A DNA stretch of 64,000 nucleotides from Gemmatimonadota bacterium (GCA_965116475.1 OZ220691.1:2912001-2976000), one strand, 5' to 3'; numbered from the stretch's first letter, positions 49,119 through 59,050 are shown. Translations and numbers: made by a program. The notes: generated by a model from the letters alone, not told the origin.

Positions 49119-49150
49119 ACCCTACGCGTGCGGGGGGGGGGGGGGTGCAA
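49119..49150 (-). promoter_or_regulatory. Putative promoter TTGCAC-N20-TAGGGT with a 14-nt homopolymer in the spacer
   Basis: G14 at 49132-49145 (+); minus-strand -35 at 49150-49145 and -10 at 49124-49119. Confidence 0.5.
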
Positions 49151-49163
49151 GCACAGAGTTCAA

Positions 49164-49349
49164 GAAGCGTATCTCTACCGCTCGATCTTCGCGTCCCACT
49201 TCCCCGGCGAGCCCGCCGTCCGCTGCGTCCCGGCGGGTCCGAGCATCGCGTGCAGCACGCCCGCGGCCATTGCCTGGGACCCCGCCTTCGCCGGCATGGC
49301 CAACCCCTCGGGCCGCGCCGTGCAGGGCGTCCACGCCCACAGCTACTGA
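49164..49349 (+). repeat. Diverged direct repeat of the asnB 3' end (copy of 47566-47751)
   Basis: 186 bp collinear; 11 substitutions counted by hand, 9 synonymous; includes the stop codon. Confidence 0.95.
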
Positions 49350-49383
49350 CTCTAAGCGTCAGTTCATCGAGGAGGGAACCGAG

Positions 49384-50640
49384 ATGAGGATCTGGCGGGA
49401 AGGAGATCGCGGGTACGCCCTCGCGCCTGCCGTGTTGGCGGCGATGTTGACGGTCTCGCCCGCACTCTCGCAGGTGCGCTGCGAAAACGGTACGGCGGAT
49501 GGGTTTCCGTGCGATCGCGTGGATCTGCTCGCCGTCGTCGCGCCCGGGCAACTCGGCGCCGGCGGGGACACCCTGCTCAACGACGTGTGGGGATGGACGG
49601 ACCCCGAGACGGGGAGGAACTACGCGCTCGTGGGACGAACGAACGGGACTGCGTTCGTCGACGTGAGCGACCCTTCCCAGCCGCGCTATGTCGGCGACCT
49701 CCCCGCGACCGAGGGCAGCGAACCCGGCCAGTGGCGGGACATGAAAGTGTTCCGCGATCACCTGTTCGTCGTTGCGGGAGGCCCGGTCCGCCATGGCATG
49801 CAGATCTTCGACCTCACGCAACTCCGGGATGTCCCGGAAGCGCGGGAGTTCCGGCCTGCGGCCACCTACGACGGGGTCGCGTCGAGCCACAACATCGTCA
49901 TCAACGAGGAGACCGGCTTCGCCTATCTGGTCGGGTCCGCGGTGGAGGGCGAGACGTGCGACGGGGGATCTCACATCGTCGACATCAACGAGCCGTTGAA
50001 CCCCATCTTCGTCGGCTGCTTCGCACATCTCGCCACGGGCCGCCGGGGTACCGGCTATACCCACGACGCGCAGTGCGTCATCTACCGCGGTCCCGACGGG
50101 GACCATCGAGGCCGCGAAATCTGCGCGGGCGGGAACGAGACCCACTTCTCGCTGGCCGACGTAACGGATAAGTCGAACCCCGTCCCGCTCTCGGCGGCCC
50201 AATACCCCGGCACCGGGTACGCGCATCAGGGGTGGTTCGGCTAGGACCACCGCTACTTACGGCAACGACGAACTCGACGGACTCGTGCGGGATATGCCTG
50301 GGCCTCGCGTGCTCGTGTTCGACGTCAGCGACCTGGAAGATCCCATACTGGTGAACGAGTACTTCGGTCCGGCGAAGGCCAGCACGCACAACCTGTACGC
50401 GCGCGGCGACCGGCTCTACATGGCGAACAACCTCGGCGGCCTCCTCGTCCTCGATCTCACCACCCCGAGACCCCGGTCACGGCCGGCAGCTTCGACACGA
50501 CGCCGTCCAGCGCGGACGAAGTCGGGTTCGGCGGGGCCTGGAGCGTCTATCCGTTCTTCGAGAGCGGGACGATCCTCGTCTCAAGCCGCCGCGAGGGCCT
50601 CTTCCTCCTCCAAATGTCCGCGCGCGAAGGGACTCGCTGA
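49384..50640 (+). pseudogene. Choice-of-anchor B family pseudogene
   Basis: Paralogue of the 43711-46068 C-terminal domain; in-frame TAG at 50242-50244, frameshifts near 50258 and 50460-50480; homology resumes (GAWSVYPFFESGTILVSSRREGLF) to TGA 50640. Confidence 0.88.
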
Positions 50641-50729
50641 GTCTTCAACGGGTGGTTTGCGCCCTCCGTCGCCGGACGGACATCTTGTGAGACGCAGTCG
50701 GGATTCTCACGCAAGTTCGAGGTCGAGCG

Positions 50730-52757
50730 ATGATGTACGGCAGATTCCGTGCGGTCTCCCTTTCGGCGTTTCTCCTCCCGTTCATCGGCGTGTTGTCGGC
50801 AAGTGCTCCGGTTGCGGCGCAGGAGGCGGTTTCGGTCGAACTCGTGCCGAGCGTGCTGTCGCTCGAGGTAGGGGAGGAGGCCACGCTGGAGGCGCGCGTT
50901 CTGGACGCGGAGGGGAACGTGATCGAGGCGCCGGTGCTCTTTTTTCCGAGTTTCGCGGATGGGCGAAGCGGGAGCGCGCGACGGAGCCTCGATGTGGACC
51001 GTGTCACGGGCCGCGTTCGGGCTGTGAAAGGCGGCGAGTTCCTCATCTCCGCTGTCGTGACCACCGCGCGGAACCTGCGTGCGGCGGCCGTGCCGGTGAG
51101 CGTGGCGTTCCCGCCACTCGACAGGATCGATGTGACGCCCGCGGGCGGTTCGACGTATGTCGGCGTGGCGACGCGCCACCGGGCCGGACTGCTCGACACC
51201 GCCGACGATGAGCGCGACGGCGAGATCCGCTGGTCCACCTCCGACGAAAGCGTCGCGACCGTGGACCGCTTCGGCATCCTCACGGCGCACGCGCCCGGAC
51301 AGGTGGTGCTGCGGGCCGAAGCGGAAGGCATCGCCGCGGAGGTCGCCTACGAGGTCAGGGAAAACCCCGCCGCTCGCCTGACGGTGTCCGGGAGCGCGGA
51401 GCGGGCGCGGACGGGCGACGTCGTGCGTTTCGAGGCGACTGTCGAGGACGCGATGGGCGGCGCGGTGGGCGACCTGCCGGTCACCTGGACCGTGATGTCG
51501 GATCCCTCCATCGAGGCGACGGCGGACATTCCTCCCGCGGAGATCGATGAGCAGGGCCGGTTCGTGGCCTATTTCCCCGGCGTGTACACGGTCGTGGCGA
51601 ACGTGCCGGGCCGTGCCGCGCGCACCTCGCTGGAAGTGCATCCGCGACACGCCTCGCAGGAAGTGACGTTCGTCGGGCAGGGACAGGTCAACAACGAGCG
51701 CACCTCGGATCTGTGGGTGTGGGAGGGCGTCGACGGCCGCGACTACGCGATCACCGGTACGCACGCCGCGGCGGGCGCCGTCTACTTCTGGGATGTGACG
51801 GATCCGGCGAGTCCCGTCCTCACGGATTCCGTCGTTGTCGATGCGCGCACGACGAACGACGTGAAGGTGAGCGAGGACGGGGAGGTCTGCGTCATCTCGC
51901 GCGAGGGCGCCTCCAACCGCCGCAACGGGATCGTCATCCTGGACTGCCGGAACCCGCGGGACGTGACCACGATCTCCGTGTTCGACGACGAGCTTACCGG
52001 CGGCGTCCACAACCTCTTCATCCACGACGGTCACGTGTACGCGGTGAACAACGGGCGCCGCTTCGACGTGATCAACATCGAGGACCCCGCCAGCCCGCAC
52101 CGCGTGGGCCGGTTCGAACTCGACACCCCCGGGCATGCGATCCACGACATCTGGATCGTGGACGGGATCGCGTACACCTCGAACTGGGGCGACGGGGTCG
52201 TGCTCATCGACGTGGGCGGCGGGGACCTCGGGGGCTCGCCCTCGAATCCGGTCGAGATCGCCCGCTTCCGCGACATCGGCGGGCGGACGCACGCCGCCTT
52301 CCCGTACCGGAGTCCCACGGGGCGCTTCTACGTGTTCATGGGAGACGAGGCGGGGCGGCCGGGCTTCGACGGGCAGGATCCCGAGCGCACGCCGCAGTTC
52401 ATGTCCGGGTACATCCACGTGGTGGACTTCACGGACCCGGAAAACCCGGAGGAGGTCGCGCGTTACGAGATCCCCGAGGCGGGCTCGCACAACATGTGGA
52501 TCGAGGACGACAAGCTCTACGCCGCGTTCTACAACGGCGGGCTGCGGGTGCTCGACATCTCCGGCGAACTGAAGGGGAACCTGGGCGAGCAGGGCCGGGA
52601 GATCGCGCGCTACATGGCGTACGACCCGGACGGCGTGGTGGCGAACGCGCCCTTCACCTGGGGACCGCAGATCCACAAGGGGAACCTCTTCTTCGCGGAG
52701 TACTTCAGCGGCCTGTGGGCGGTGAAGCTCCAGCCGCGCCAGGAACTCGTCCCTTAA
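50730..52757 (+). CDS. Secreted Ig-like (Big_2) plus LVIVD-repeat protein
   Basis: Signal peptide, WSTSDESVATVD, repeated DVTDP.SP / GGLRVLDIS, His-bearing blades. Confidence 0.75.
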   Translation: MMYGRFRAVSLSAFLLPFIGVLSASAPVAAQEAVSVELVPSVLSLEVGEEATLEARVLDAEGNVIEAPVLFFPSFADGRSGSARRSLDVDRVTGRVRAVKGGEFLISAVVTTARNLRAAAVPVSVAFPPLDRIDVTPAGGSTYVGVATRHRAGLLDTADDERDGEIRWSTSDESVATVDRFGILTAHAPGQVVLRAEAEGIAAEVAYEVRENPAARLTVSGSAERARTGDVVRFEATVEDAMGGAVGDLPVTWTVMSDPSIEATADIPPAEIDEQGRFVAYFPGVYTVVANVPGRAARTSLEVHPRHASQEVTFVGQGQVNNERTSDLWVWEGVDGRDYAITGTHAAAGAVYFWDVTDPASPVLTDSVVVDARTTNDVKVSEDGEVCVISREGASNRRNGIVILDCRNPRDVTTISVFDDELTGGVHNLFIHDGHVYAVNNGRRFDVINIEDPASPHRVGRFELDTPGHAIHDIWIVDGIAYTSNWGDGVVLIDVGGGDLGGSPSNPVEIARFRDIGGRTHAAFPYRSPTGRFYVFMGDEAGRPGFDGQDPERTPQFMSGYIHVVDFTDPENPEEVARYEIPEAGSHNMWIEDDKLYAAFYNGGLRVLDISGELKGNLGEQGREIARYMAYDPDGVVANAPFTWGPQIHKGNLFFAEYFSGLWAVKLQPRQELVP

Positions 52758-52789
52758 CGGGATCGGACTCGGGAACGGGATCGGATTCC

Positions 52790-53317
52790 GTGCGAGTATC
52801 CGCCCGGATCAACGGCACGGCGTGGTCCGGGGAGGTGGAGCCGCGTCTCCTCCTGTCGGACTTCCTGCGCTCCGAGGTCGGGCTCACCGGCACGCACGTG
52901 GGGTGCGAGCACGGCGTGTGCGGGGCGTGCACCGTGCAGCTGGACGGGGAGCCCGTGCGGGCCTGTCTCATGTTCGCGGTGCAGATCGACGGGCACGAGG
53001 TGACGACCGTCGAGGGGCTCGCCGAAGTGCAGCCGGGAGAAGCGATCACCGTCGAACGACTGCACTGGGTCCAGCGGGCCCTGCACGAGGCGCACGGGCT
53101 GCAGTGCGGCTTCTGCACGCCGGGCATCCTCATGACCGCGGAGGCCTTCCTGCGCGAGAACCCGGCGCCGTCGCGGGAGGAGATCCGCGAGGCCGTGTCC
53201 GGGCACCTGTGCCGGTGCACGGGCTACCACAACATCGTGGAGGGCGTCGCGCTCGCGGCCGAGCGCCTCGCGGCGGACGGCCCCGACCGCGGCGCCGACG
53301 GGGACGGGGACCCTTGA
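52790..53317 (+). CDS. Mo-hydroxylase small (2Fe-2S) subunit, CoxS-like
   Basis: GCEHGVCGACTV, QCGFCTPG, LCRCTGY. Confidence 0.93.
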   Translation: MRVSARINGTAWSGEVEPRLLLSDFLRSEVGLTGTHVGCEHGVCGACTVQLDGEPVRACLMFAVQIDGHEVTTVEGLAEVQPGEAITVERLHWVQRALHEAHGLQCGFCTPGILMTAEAFLRENPAPSREEIREAVSGHLCRCTGYHNIVEGVALAAERLAADGPDRGADGDGDP

Positions 53318-53333
53318 GCCGCGTGGACCGCGC

Positions 53334-55682
53334 ATGAGCCGGGCGGGCAGGACGTGGGTCGGGGCGCGGGTGCCGCGCAACGAGGACGCGCGGCTGCTGA
53401 CCGGCCGCGCGCAGTTCGTCGAGGACGTGGAGCCGCCCGGCGCGCTGCACGTCGCCTTCGTGCGCAGCGACCTGCCGGCCGGCCGGCTGCGCGGGCTCGA
53501 CGTGAAGAACGCGCGGGCGCACCCCGGAGTCCACGCCGTATTCACGGCCGCCGATCTCGGCCCGCTCCTCCGGCCCGGCGCGGTGCTCGTGCCGCCGCCG
53601 CCGCTCGAGGGGCTGGTGTTCCACGCCCGCACGGCGCTCCCTCTCGTCCGCGACCGGATCCGGCACCAGGGCGAAGCGCTCGCGATGATCGTCGCGGACA
53701 GCCGCTACGTGGCCGAGGACGCGGCCCAGCTCGTGGAGGCTGACATCGAACCGCTCGATCCCGTCGTGGATCTCGGGCGGGCGCTCGATGGGGACGCGCC
53801 GCTTATCCACGACGACCTCCCGTCGAACCTCGCCGCCCACGTCCGGCAGGCGAAGGGGGACTACGCCGCCGCCCGCGCGCGGGCCGACCTCGTCCTCGAG
53901 CGCCGCTTCTCCTACGACCGGGGCATCGGGGGCGCGATCGAGAACCGGGCCGTCGTGGCGGAGTGGGATGCGCGGGCCGACCGGCTGCAGGTCTGGGACA
54001 CGACGCAGGCCCCCATTCCGGTGCGCAACGTCGTCGCCGCGACGCTCGGCCTGTCGGAGTCGCAGGTGCGGTTCATCGCCCCCTTCGTGGGCGGCGGCTT
54101 CGGCCCGAAGATCATGTTCTACGCGGAGGAGATCCTCATCCCCTGGGCCTCGATCCAGCTGGGGCGGCCCGTGAAGTGGGTCGAGGACCGGTACGAGAAC
54201 TTCTTCGCCACCACCCAGGAGCGGGGGCAACTGCACGAGGCGGAGATCGCGGTAACGCGCGACGGCCGGGTCCTGGGCGTGCGCGACACCTTTCTCCACG
54301 ACTCGGGCGCGTACGACCCCTACGGTCTCACGATCCCCATCAACACCCAGTGCACGCTGCTCGGGCCCTACCGGGTGCCGAACTACGAGAGCGAATTCCG
54401 GGTCGCCTTCACGAACAAGCCGATCGTCACGCCCGTGCGCGGCGCCGGCCGGCAGCACGGCGTGTTCGTCATGGAGCGCCTGCTCGATCTCGCGGCGCGC
54501 GGGCTCGGCCTCGATCCGGTCGAGATCCGCCGCCGCAACGTGATCGGTTCGGACGAGTTCCCGTACAACCACGAGATCATGTACCAGGACTTCGCCCCCC
54601 TGCGGTACGACAGCGGGAGTTACGAGGCGTCGCTGGCCGAGGCCGTCCGCCTCGTCGGCTACGACGAGACGTTCCCGCGGGAACGCGAGCGCGTGCAGGC
54701 GGACGGACGCGTGGTCGGTGTCGGCGTCGTCAACTACGTGGAGGGGACGGGCATCGGCCCCTACGAGGGGGCGCGGGTCACGGTCGAGCCGAGCGGCACG
54801 GTCCGCCTCGCGACCGGCGTGGGCACGCAGGGCCAGGGACACTTCACGGCCTTCGCGCAGATCGTGGCCGACGCGGTCGGCGTGACGCCGGCTGACGTGC
54901 GGGTGGTGACGGGGGACACGAGCGACTTCCATTGGGGGACGGGCACCTTCGCGAGCCGGGGGGCGGTCGTCGCCGGAAACGCGATCCACGCCGCTGCGCT
55001 GTCCGTGCGCGAGAAGATCCTGCGCCACGCCGCCGAGGCGCTCGAAGTCGACCCGGATGACCTGGAACTCGCCGACGGCGCCGCCCGCGTGCGGGGCGCC
55101 CCGGACCTGTCCGTCGACCTCGGCGCGCTCGCGGTGAGCGCCAACCCGCTCAGGGGAGCCGTGGCGCCGGGGACCGAGCCGGGGCTGGAGGCGACCTCGT
55201 ACTTCGGCCCGCCGTACGGGACGACCGCAAACGGGACGCACGCCGTCGTCGTGGCGGTCGATCCGGAGACGGCGATGGTCGAGATCCTGCGCTACCTCGT
55301 CGTGCACGACTGCGGGACGGTGATCAACCCGACGATCGTGGAGGGCCAGATCCACGGCGGCGTCGCGGCGGGGATCGGGAACGCCTTCTACGAGGAACTC
55401 GTGTTCGACGAGTTCGGCGGGACGAGCAACGCCTCGTTCATGGACTACCTGCTTCCGACATCGACGGACGTGCCTCCGATCGAGACGGCTCACGTCGAGA
55501 CGCCGTCGACGCTGAACCCGCTGGGCACGAAGGGGGTGGGGGAGGGCGGCGCCATCCCGGTCGCGGCCGCCTTCGCGCAGGCCGTCGAGGACGCGCTGGC
55601 GGACATCGCCCCGGGGCTGGAAGTCCTCGACATCCCGCTGAGTCCCGGCCGCCTGTTCGAACTCCTCCAGGCGGCATCGTGA
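53334..55682 (+). CDS. Xanthine dehydrogenase family molybdopterin-binding subunit, CoxL-like
   Basis: VGGGFGPK, PVRGAGR active-site loop, QGQGH, GTFASR, INP.IVEGQIHGG, KGVGEGG. Confidence 0.92.
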   Translation: MSRAGRTWVGARVPRNEDARLLTGRAQFVEDVEPPGALHVAFVRSDLPAGRLRGLDVKNARAHPGVHAVFTAADLGPLLRPGAVLVPPPPLEGLVFHARTALPLVRDRIRHQGEALAMIVADSRYVAEDAAQLVEADIEPLDPVVDLGRALDGDAPLIHDDLPSNLAAHVRQAKGDYAAARARADLVLERRFSYDRGIGGAIENRAVVAEWDARADRLQVWDTTQAPIPVRNVVAATLGLSESQVRFIAPFVGGGFGPKIMFYAEEILIPWASIQLGRPVKWVEDRYENFFATTQERGQLHEAEIAVTRDGRVLGVRDTFLHDSGAYDPYGLTIPINTQCTLLGPYRVPNYESEFRVAFTNKPIVTPVRGAGRQHGVFVMERLLDLAARGLGLDPVEIRRRNVIGSDEFPYNHEIMYQDFAPLRYDSGSYEASLAEAVRLVGYDETFPRERERVQADGRVVGVGVVNYVEGTGIGPYEGARVTVEPSGTVRLATGVGTQGQGHFTAFAQIVADAVGVTPADVRVVTGDTSDFHWGTGTFASRGAVVAGNAIHAAALSVREKILRHAAEALEVDPDDLELADGAARVRGAPDLSVDLGALAVSANPLRGAVAPGTEPGLEATSYFGPPYGTTANGTHAVVVAVDPETAMVEILRYLVVHDCGTVINPTIVEGQIHGGVAAGIGNAFYEELVFDEFGGTSNASFMDYLLPTSTDVPPIETAHVETPSTLNPLGTKGVGEGGAIPVAAAFAQAVEDALADIAPGLEVLDIPLSPGRLFELLQAAS

Positions 55683-56575
55683 AGCCGCCCCCCTTCGAGT
55701 ATGTAGCGGCGCACGACCTCGACGAAGCGCTGGGGGCGCTCGCGGAACCGTCGCTTGAGACCCGGCCGCTCGCGGGCGGACAGAGCCTCGTCCCGATGCT
55801 CAACTTCCGTCTGGCGGCGCCGGAACGTCTCGTGGACCTGAACGGGATCGAGGCGTTGTCGCGGATCGAGGCGACGGAAGAGGGAGGGCTGCGCTTCGGC
55901 GCCATGGTCCGGCACCGCCAACTGGAGTGCGACCCGCTCGTTGCGCGGCGGGCCCCGCTCCTCGCGGAGGCGGCCCCCTTCATCGCGCACCCGCAGATCC
56001 GCTCGCGGGGCACCGTGGGGGGCTCCGTGGCGCACGCCGATCCGGCCGCGGAACTGCCCGCCGTCCTCCTCACGCTGGGGGCGCGGGTCCGGATTGCCCG
56101 CCGCTCGCCGGGCGGCGAGCCCGGCTCCAGGGTGGAGCGAACCCTGGATCTGGACGATTTCTTCCTCGGCCCCTTCTTCTCCGCGCTCGAACCCGATGAG
56201 CTCCTCACGGCCATCGACGTGCCTCCGCCCGCCCCGGGAGAGGGGACGGCCTTCGACGAGGTCGCCCGGCGTCGGGGCGACTACGCCCTCGCCGGCGTGG
56301 CGGCGCGCGTGCGCCTGGACTCCGGCGGTGTCTGCGAAGAAGCCGCCATCTCGCTCGTGAACGGGGGATCCACGCCCGGTCTGATGGGAGAGGCCGCGCA
56401 GACCCTCATCGGCGCGGAGCCGACGCCGGCCGCGATCGAAGCCGCCGCGGCCGCCTGCGCGGAGACCTCCGAACCCGCCGCCGACATGCACGCGAGCGAG
56501 GCGTATCGCCGGCACTTGATCCGCATCCTGACCTCCCGCGTGGTGTCGCGCGCGGCGGACCGGGCCCGGACTTGA
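55679..56575 (+). CDS. Mo-hydroxylase FAD-binding subunit, CoxM-like
   Basis: MKPPPFEY, LAGGQSLVPMLNFR, QIRSRGTVGGS.AHADPAAE, YRRHL. Confidence 0.93.
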   Translation: MKPPPFEYVAAHDLDEALGALAEPSLETRPLAGGQSLVPMLNFRLAAPERLVDLNGIEALSRIEATEEGGLRFGAMVRHRQLECDPLVARRAPLLAEAAPFIAHPQIRSRGTVGGSVAHADPAAELPAVLLTLGARVRIARRSPGGEPGSRVERTLDLDDFFLGPFFSALEPDELLTAIDVPPPAPGEGTAFDEVARRRGDYALAGVAARVRLDSGGVCEEAAISLVNGGSTPGLMGEAAQTLIGAEPTPAAIEAAAAACAETSEPAADMHASEAYRRHLIRILTSRVVSRAADRART

Positions 56576-58149
56576 CCGGCCCCGCGCTCTTCCATCCGTT
56601 CCCGGAGTGGTCGGACCGCGTCGCCGTGCTCGCCGGAGGCGCGCCCCGCACGTATGGCGACCTCGACGCGCAATCGCGGCTGTGGGCCCGACATCTCCTT
56701 GCCGAAGCGGGCGCCGCCGATCTGGATGGGGCCCGGGTCGGGTTTCTCATGGAGCCGGGATTCGAGTACGTCGCCACCCAGTGGGCGATCTGGCGCGCCG
56801 GCGGAATCGCCGTCCCCCTGTGTCCGGACCATCCCGCGCCCGAGATCGAATACGCGATCGACGACGCGGACTGCGCCGCGCTGATCGGCGCCGGAAAGAC
56901 CGGGCGTCGCATCGAGGGCCCCGCGCGGGAGCGCGACATCCCGTTTCACGACGTATCCGATACCGGCGCGGGCTCTTCCGTGTCCGAAGGGCCGGACCCG
57001 GGCCCGTTGCCGGCAGTCGAATCCGATCGACCCGCGATGATTCTCTACACCAGCGGCACGACGGGACGCCCCAAGGGCGCCGTGACGACCCACGGACAGA
57101 TCGAGGCGCACATCCGGTCGCTGCTCGAGGCGTGGAAGTGGGAGCGCGACGACCGCATCCTCCACGTCCTCCCCCTCCACCACACACACGGCATCGTCAA
57201 CGCCCTCTGCTGTCCGCTCTACGCGGGGGCCACGGTCGAGTTCGGTGGCGGGTCCGGAGGGTTCGATCCGGCAACCACCTGGGAGCGGCTCGCCTCGGGC
57301 GACATCAGCGTGTTCATGGCCGTGCCCACGATCTATGCGAAGCTTCTGCGCGCCTGGGACGCAGCGGAGGGCTCCACCCGCCGGCGATGGTCGCGGGGCG
57401 CGCGCGGGCTCCGGCTGATGGTGTCGGGTTCGGCGGCCCTCCCCGTACCGGTGTTCAAGCGCTGGGAGGAGATCACCGGGCACCGCCTCCTCGAGCGCTA
57501 CGGCATGACGGAGATCGGCATGGGGCTCTCGAATCCGTACGACGGAGAGCGGCGGCCGGGCACCGTGGGCCAGCCGCTCCCCGGGGTCGGCCTGCGTCTC
57601 GTGCGCCCGGCCACGGGGCGCGTGCTTGCGGAGGGGGTAGACGTCTTCGCGCCGGGAGAGCCGGGCGAGATCCGGATCCGCGGCCCCATGGTGTTCTCCG
57701 AATACTGGCGGCGTCCCGAGGAGACGGCCGCCGCCTTCGCCGACGGGTGGTTCCTGACCGGAGACGAGGCGGTCCTCGAGGACGGCTACTATCGCCTCCT
57801 GGGGCGCCGCTCCGTCGACATCCTCAAGAGCGGCGGCTACAAGATCTCGGCGGTCGAGATCGAGGAACTATTGCGCACGCACCCGGCGGTAAGGGACTGC
57901 GCCGTGGTCGGAATCCCGGATGAGGACTGGGGCGAGCGGATCGCCGCCGCGGTCGTCCCCGAGCCCGACGCGACGCCGCGCTCCGACTCGCTCCCGGAGC
58001 GGCTGGATCTGTGGGTCCGGGAGCGGCTCGCGCGCTACAAGGTGCCCCGCGCCTGGCTCTGCGTCGGAGAGCTGCCGCGGAACGCGATGGGCAAGGTGCA
58101 AAAGCCGGCCGTGCAGGCGCTCTTCGACGCCGAGGTCCGGCCACCGTGA
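56572..58149 (+). CDS. Acyl-CoA synthetase, MatB/ACSF3 (malonyl/methylmalonyl-CoA ligase)-like
   Basis: YTSGTTGRPKG, LPLHHTHG, SGSAALP, ERYGMTE, IKSGGYK-like ILKSGGYKIS, PRNAMGKV.K. Confidence 0.85.
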   Translation: MTGPALFHPFPEWSDRVAVLAGGAPRTYGDLDAQSRLWARHLLAEAGAADLDGARVGFLMEPGFEYVATQWAIWRAGGIAVPLCPDHPAPEIEYAIDDADCAALIGAGKTGRRIEGPARERDIPFHDVSDTGAGSSVSEGPDPGPLPAVESDRPAMILYTSGTTGRPKGAVTTHGQIEAHIRSLLEAWKWERDDRILHVLPLHHTHGIVNALCCPLYAGATVEFGGGSGGFDPATTWERLASGDISVFMAVPTIYAKLLRAWDAAEGSTRRRWSRGARGLRLMVSGSAALPVPVFKRWEEITGHRLLERYGMTEIGMGLSNPYDGERRPGTVGQPLPGVGLRLVRPATGRVLAEGVDVFAPGEPGEIRIRGPMVFSEYWRRPEETAAAFADGWFLTGDEAVLEDGYYRLLGRRSVDILKSGGYKISAVEIEELLRTHPAVRDCAVVGIPDEDWGERIAAAVVPEPDATPRSDSLPERLDLWVRERLARYKVPRAWLCVGELPRNAMGKVQKPAVQALFDAEVRPP

Positions 58150-58261
58150 CGCTTTGCCTCGGGCTGCCGGCCCCCGGCATTGCGCTCCCCGGCCGGATGG
58201 GGGAGCGTACGCCCGTTCGTCCTCGCCGCCCAAACCTCGAACCGAGTGGAGCCGATCGCTC

Positions 58262-59050
58262 ATGAAACTCTACGATCTCTCGCAGCCCCTCAATCAGGAC
58301 TGCTTCTTCTGGCCGTACTATCCCCCGTTCGAGGTCAAGTACATCAAGCGCAAGGTCGAGCACGGCGTGAACGCGCAGTACATCCAGACCTCCAACCACA
58401 TGGGCACGCACCTCGATGCGCCCCGCCACTTCGTGACCAACGGGATGACGATCGACGAGATCCCCCTGGAGTGGCTGTACGGGGACGGCGTCATCGTCGA
58501 CCTGCGCGAAGAGATGGGCGACCTCGCCGTCTACACGCCCGAGATGATCGAATCCCGGGTCGAGATCCGCGATGGAGACCGCCTCATCCTGCACACCGGG
58601 TGGGAGCGCTTCGCGCAATTCGGCGCCGAGGCGAACGAGGAGCGCTACGTCCACACGCACCCCGGCGCGCACCCGGACATGGTGCAGTGGCTCATCGACC
58701 GGAAGATCAGGGTCTGGGGCGTGGACGTGATCTCCACCGATCATCCCATGAACCTCCCCATCGGGAGATTCCTCGGGAAGGGTACCTTCGGACATTGCGA
58801 CCGCGTGCGGGCGATGGCGGAAAAGGTGTTCGGCGGGGCGGAGGCCGTGGAGGAGCTGTTTCCCGAAGAGCACTATCAGCTTACGCACAATGCGCTCTTC
58901 CCGCACAACTGCATGCACATAGAGAACCTCGGCGGACAGATCGCCGCGCCGGAACTGCAGAACCGGCGGCTCACGATCGGGTGCTTCCCGTGGAAGTTCA
59001 GGGGAGGAGAAGCCGCCTTCTGCCGGGTAGTGGCGTTCCTCGACGAGTAG
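58262..59050 (+). CDS. Cyclase family (kynurenine formamidase-like) metal hydrolase
   Basis: YDLSQP, HMGTHLDAPRH, LHTGW, HPG, GVD..STD, HIENLGG. Confidence 0.88.
   Translation: MKLYDLSQPLNQDCFFWPYYPPFEVKYIKRKVEHGVNAQYIQTSNHMGTHLDAPRHFVTNGMTIDEIPLEWLYGDGVIVDLREEMGDLAVYTPEMIESRVEIRDGDRLILHTGWERFAQFGAEANEERYVHTHPGAHPDMVQWLIDRKIRVWGVDVISTDHPMNLPIGRFLGKGTFGHCDRVRAMAEKVFGGAEAVEELFPEEHYQLTHNALFPHNCMHIENLGGQIAAPELQNRRLTIGCFPWKFRGGEAAFCRVVAFLDE

Noticed and set aside
47566..49349. Diversity-generating retroelement TR/VR pair
   Set aside because: Differences are mostly synonymous third-position changes, not adenine-specific, and no reverse transcriptase is present in the window.
53334..55682. Aerobic CO dehydrogenase (coxL form I)
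   Set aside because: The active-site loop is PVRGAGR, not AYxCSFR; gene order is S-L-M and no coxDEFG are adjacent.
58182..58208. Rho-independent terminator (cgctcccc...ggggagcg hairpin)
   Set aside because: No U-tract, and GC-rich hairpins are expected by chance at this composition.
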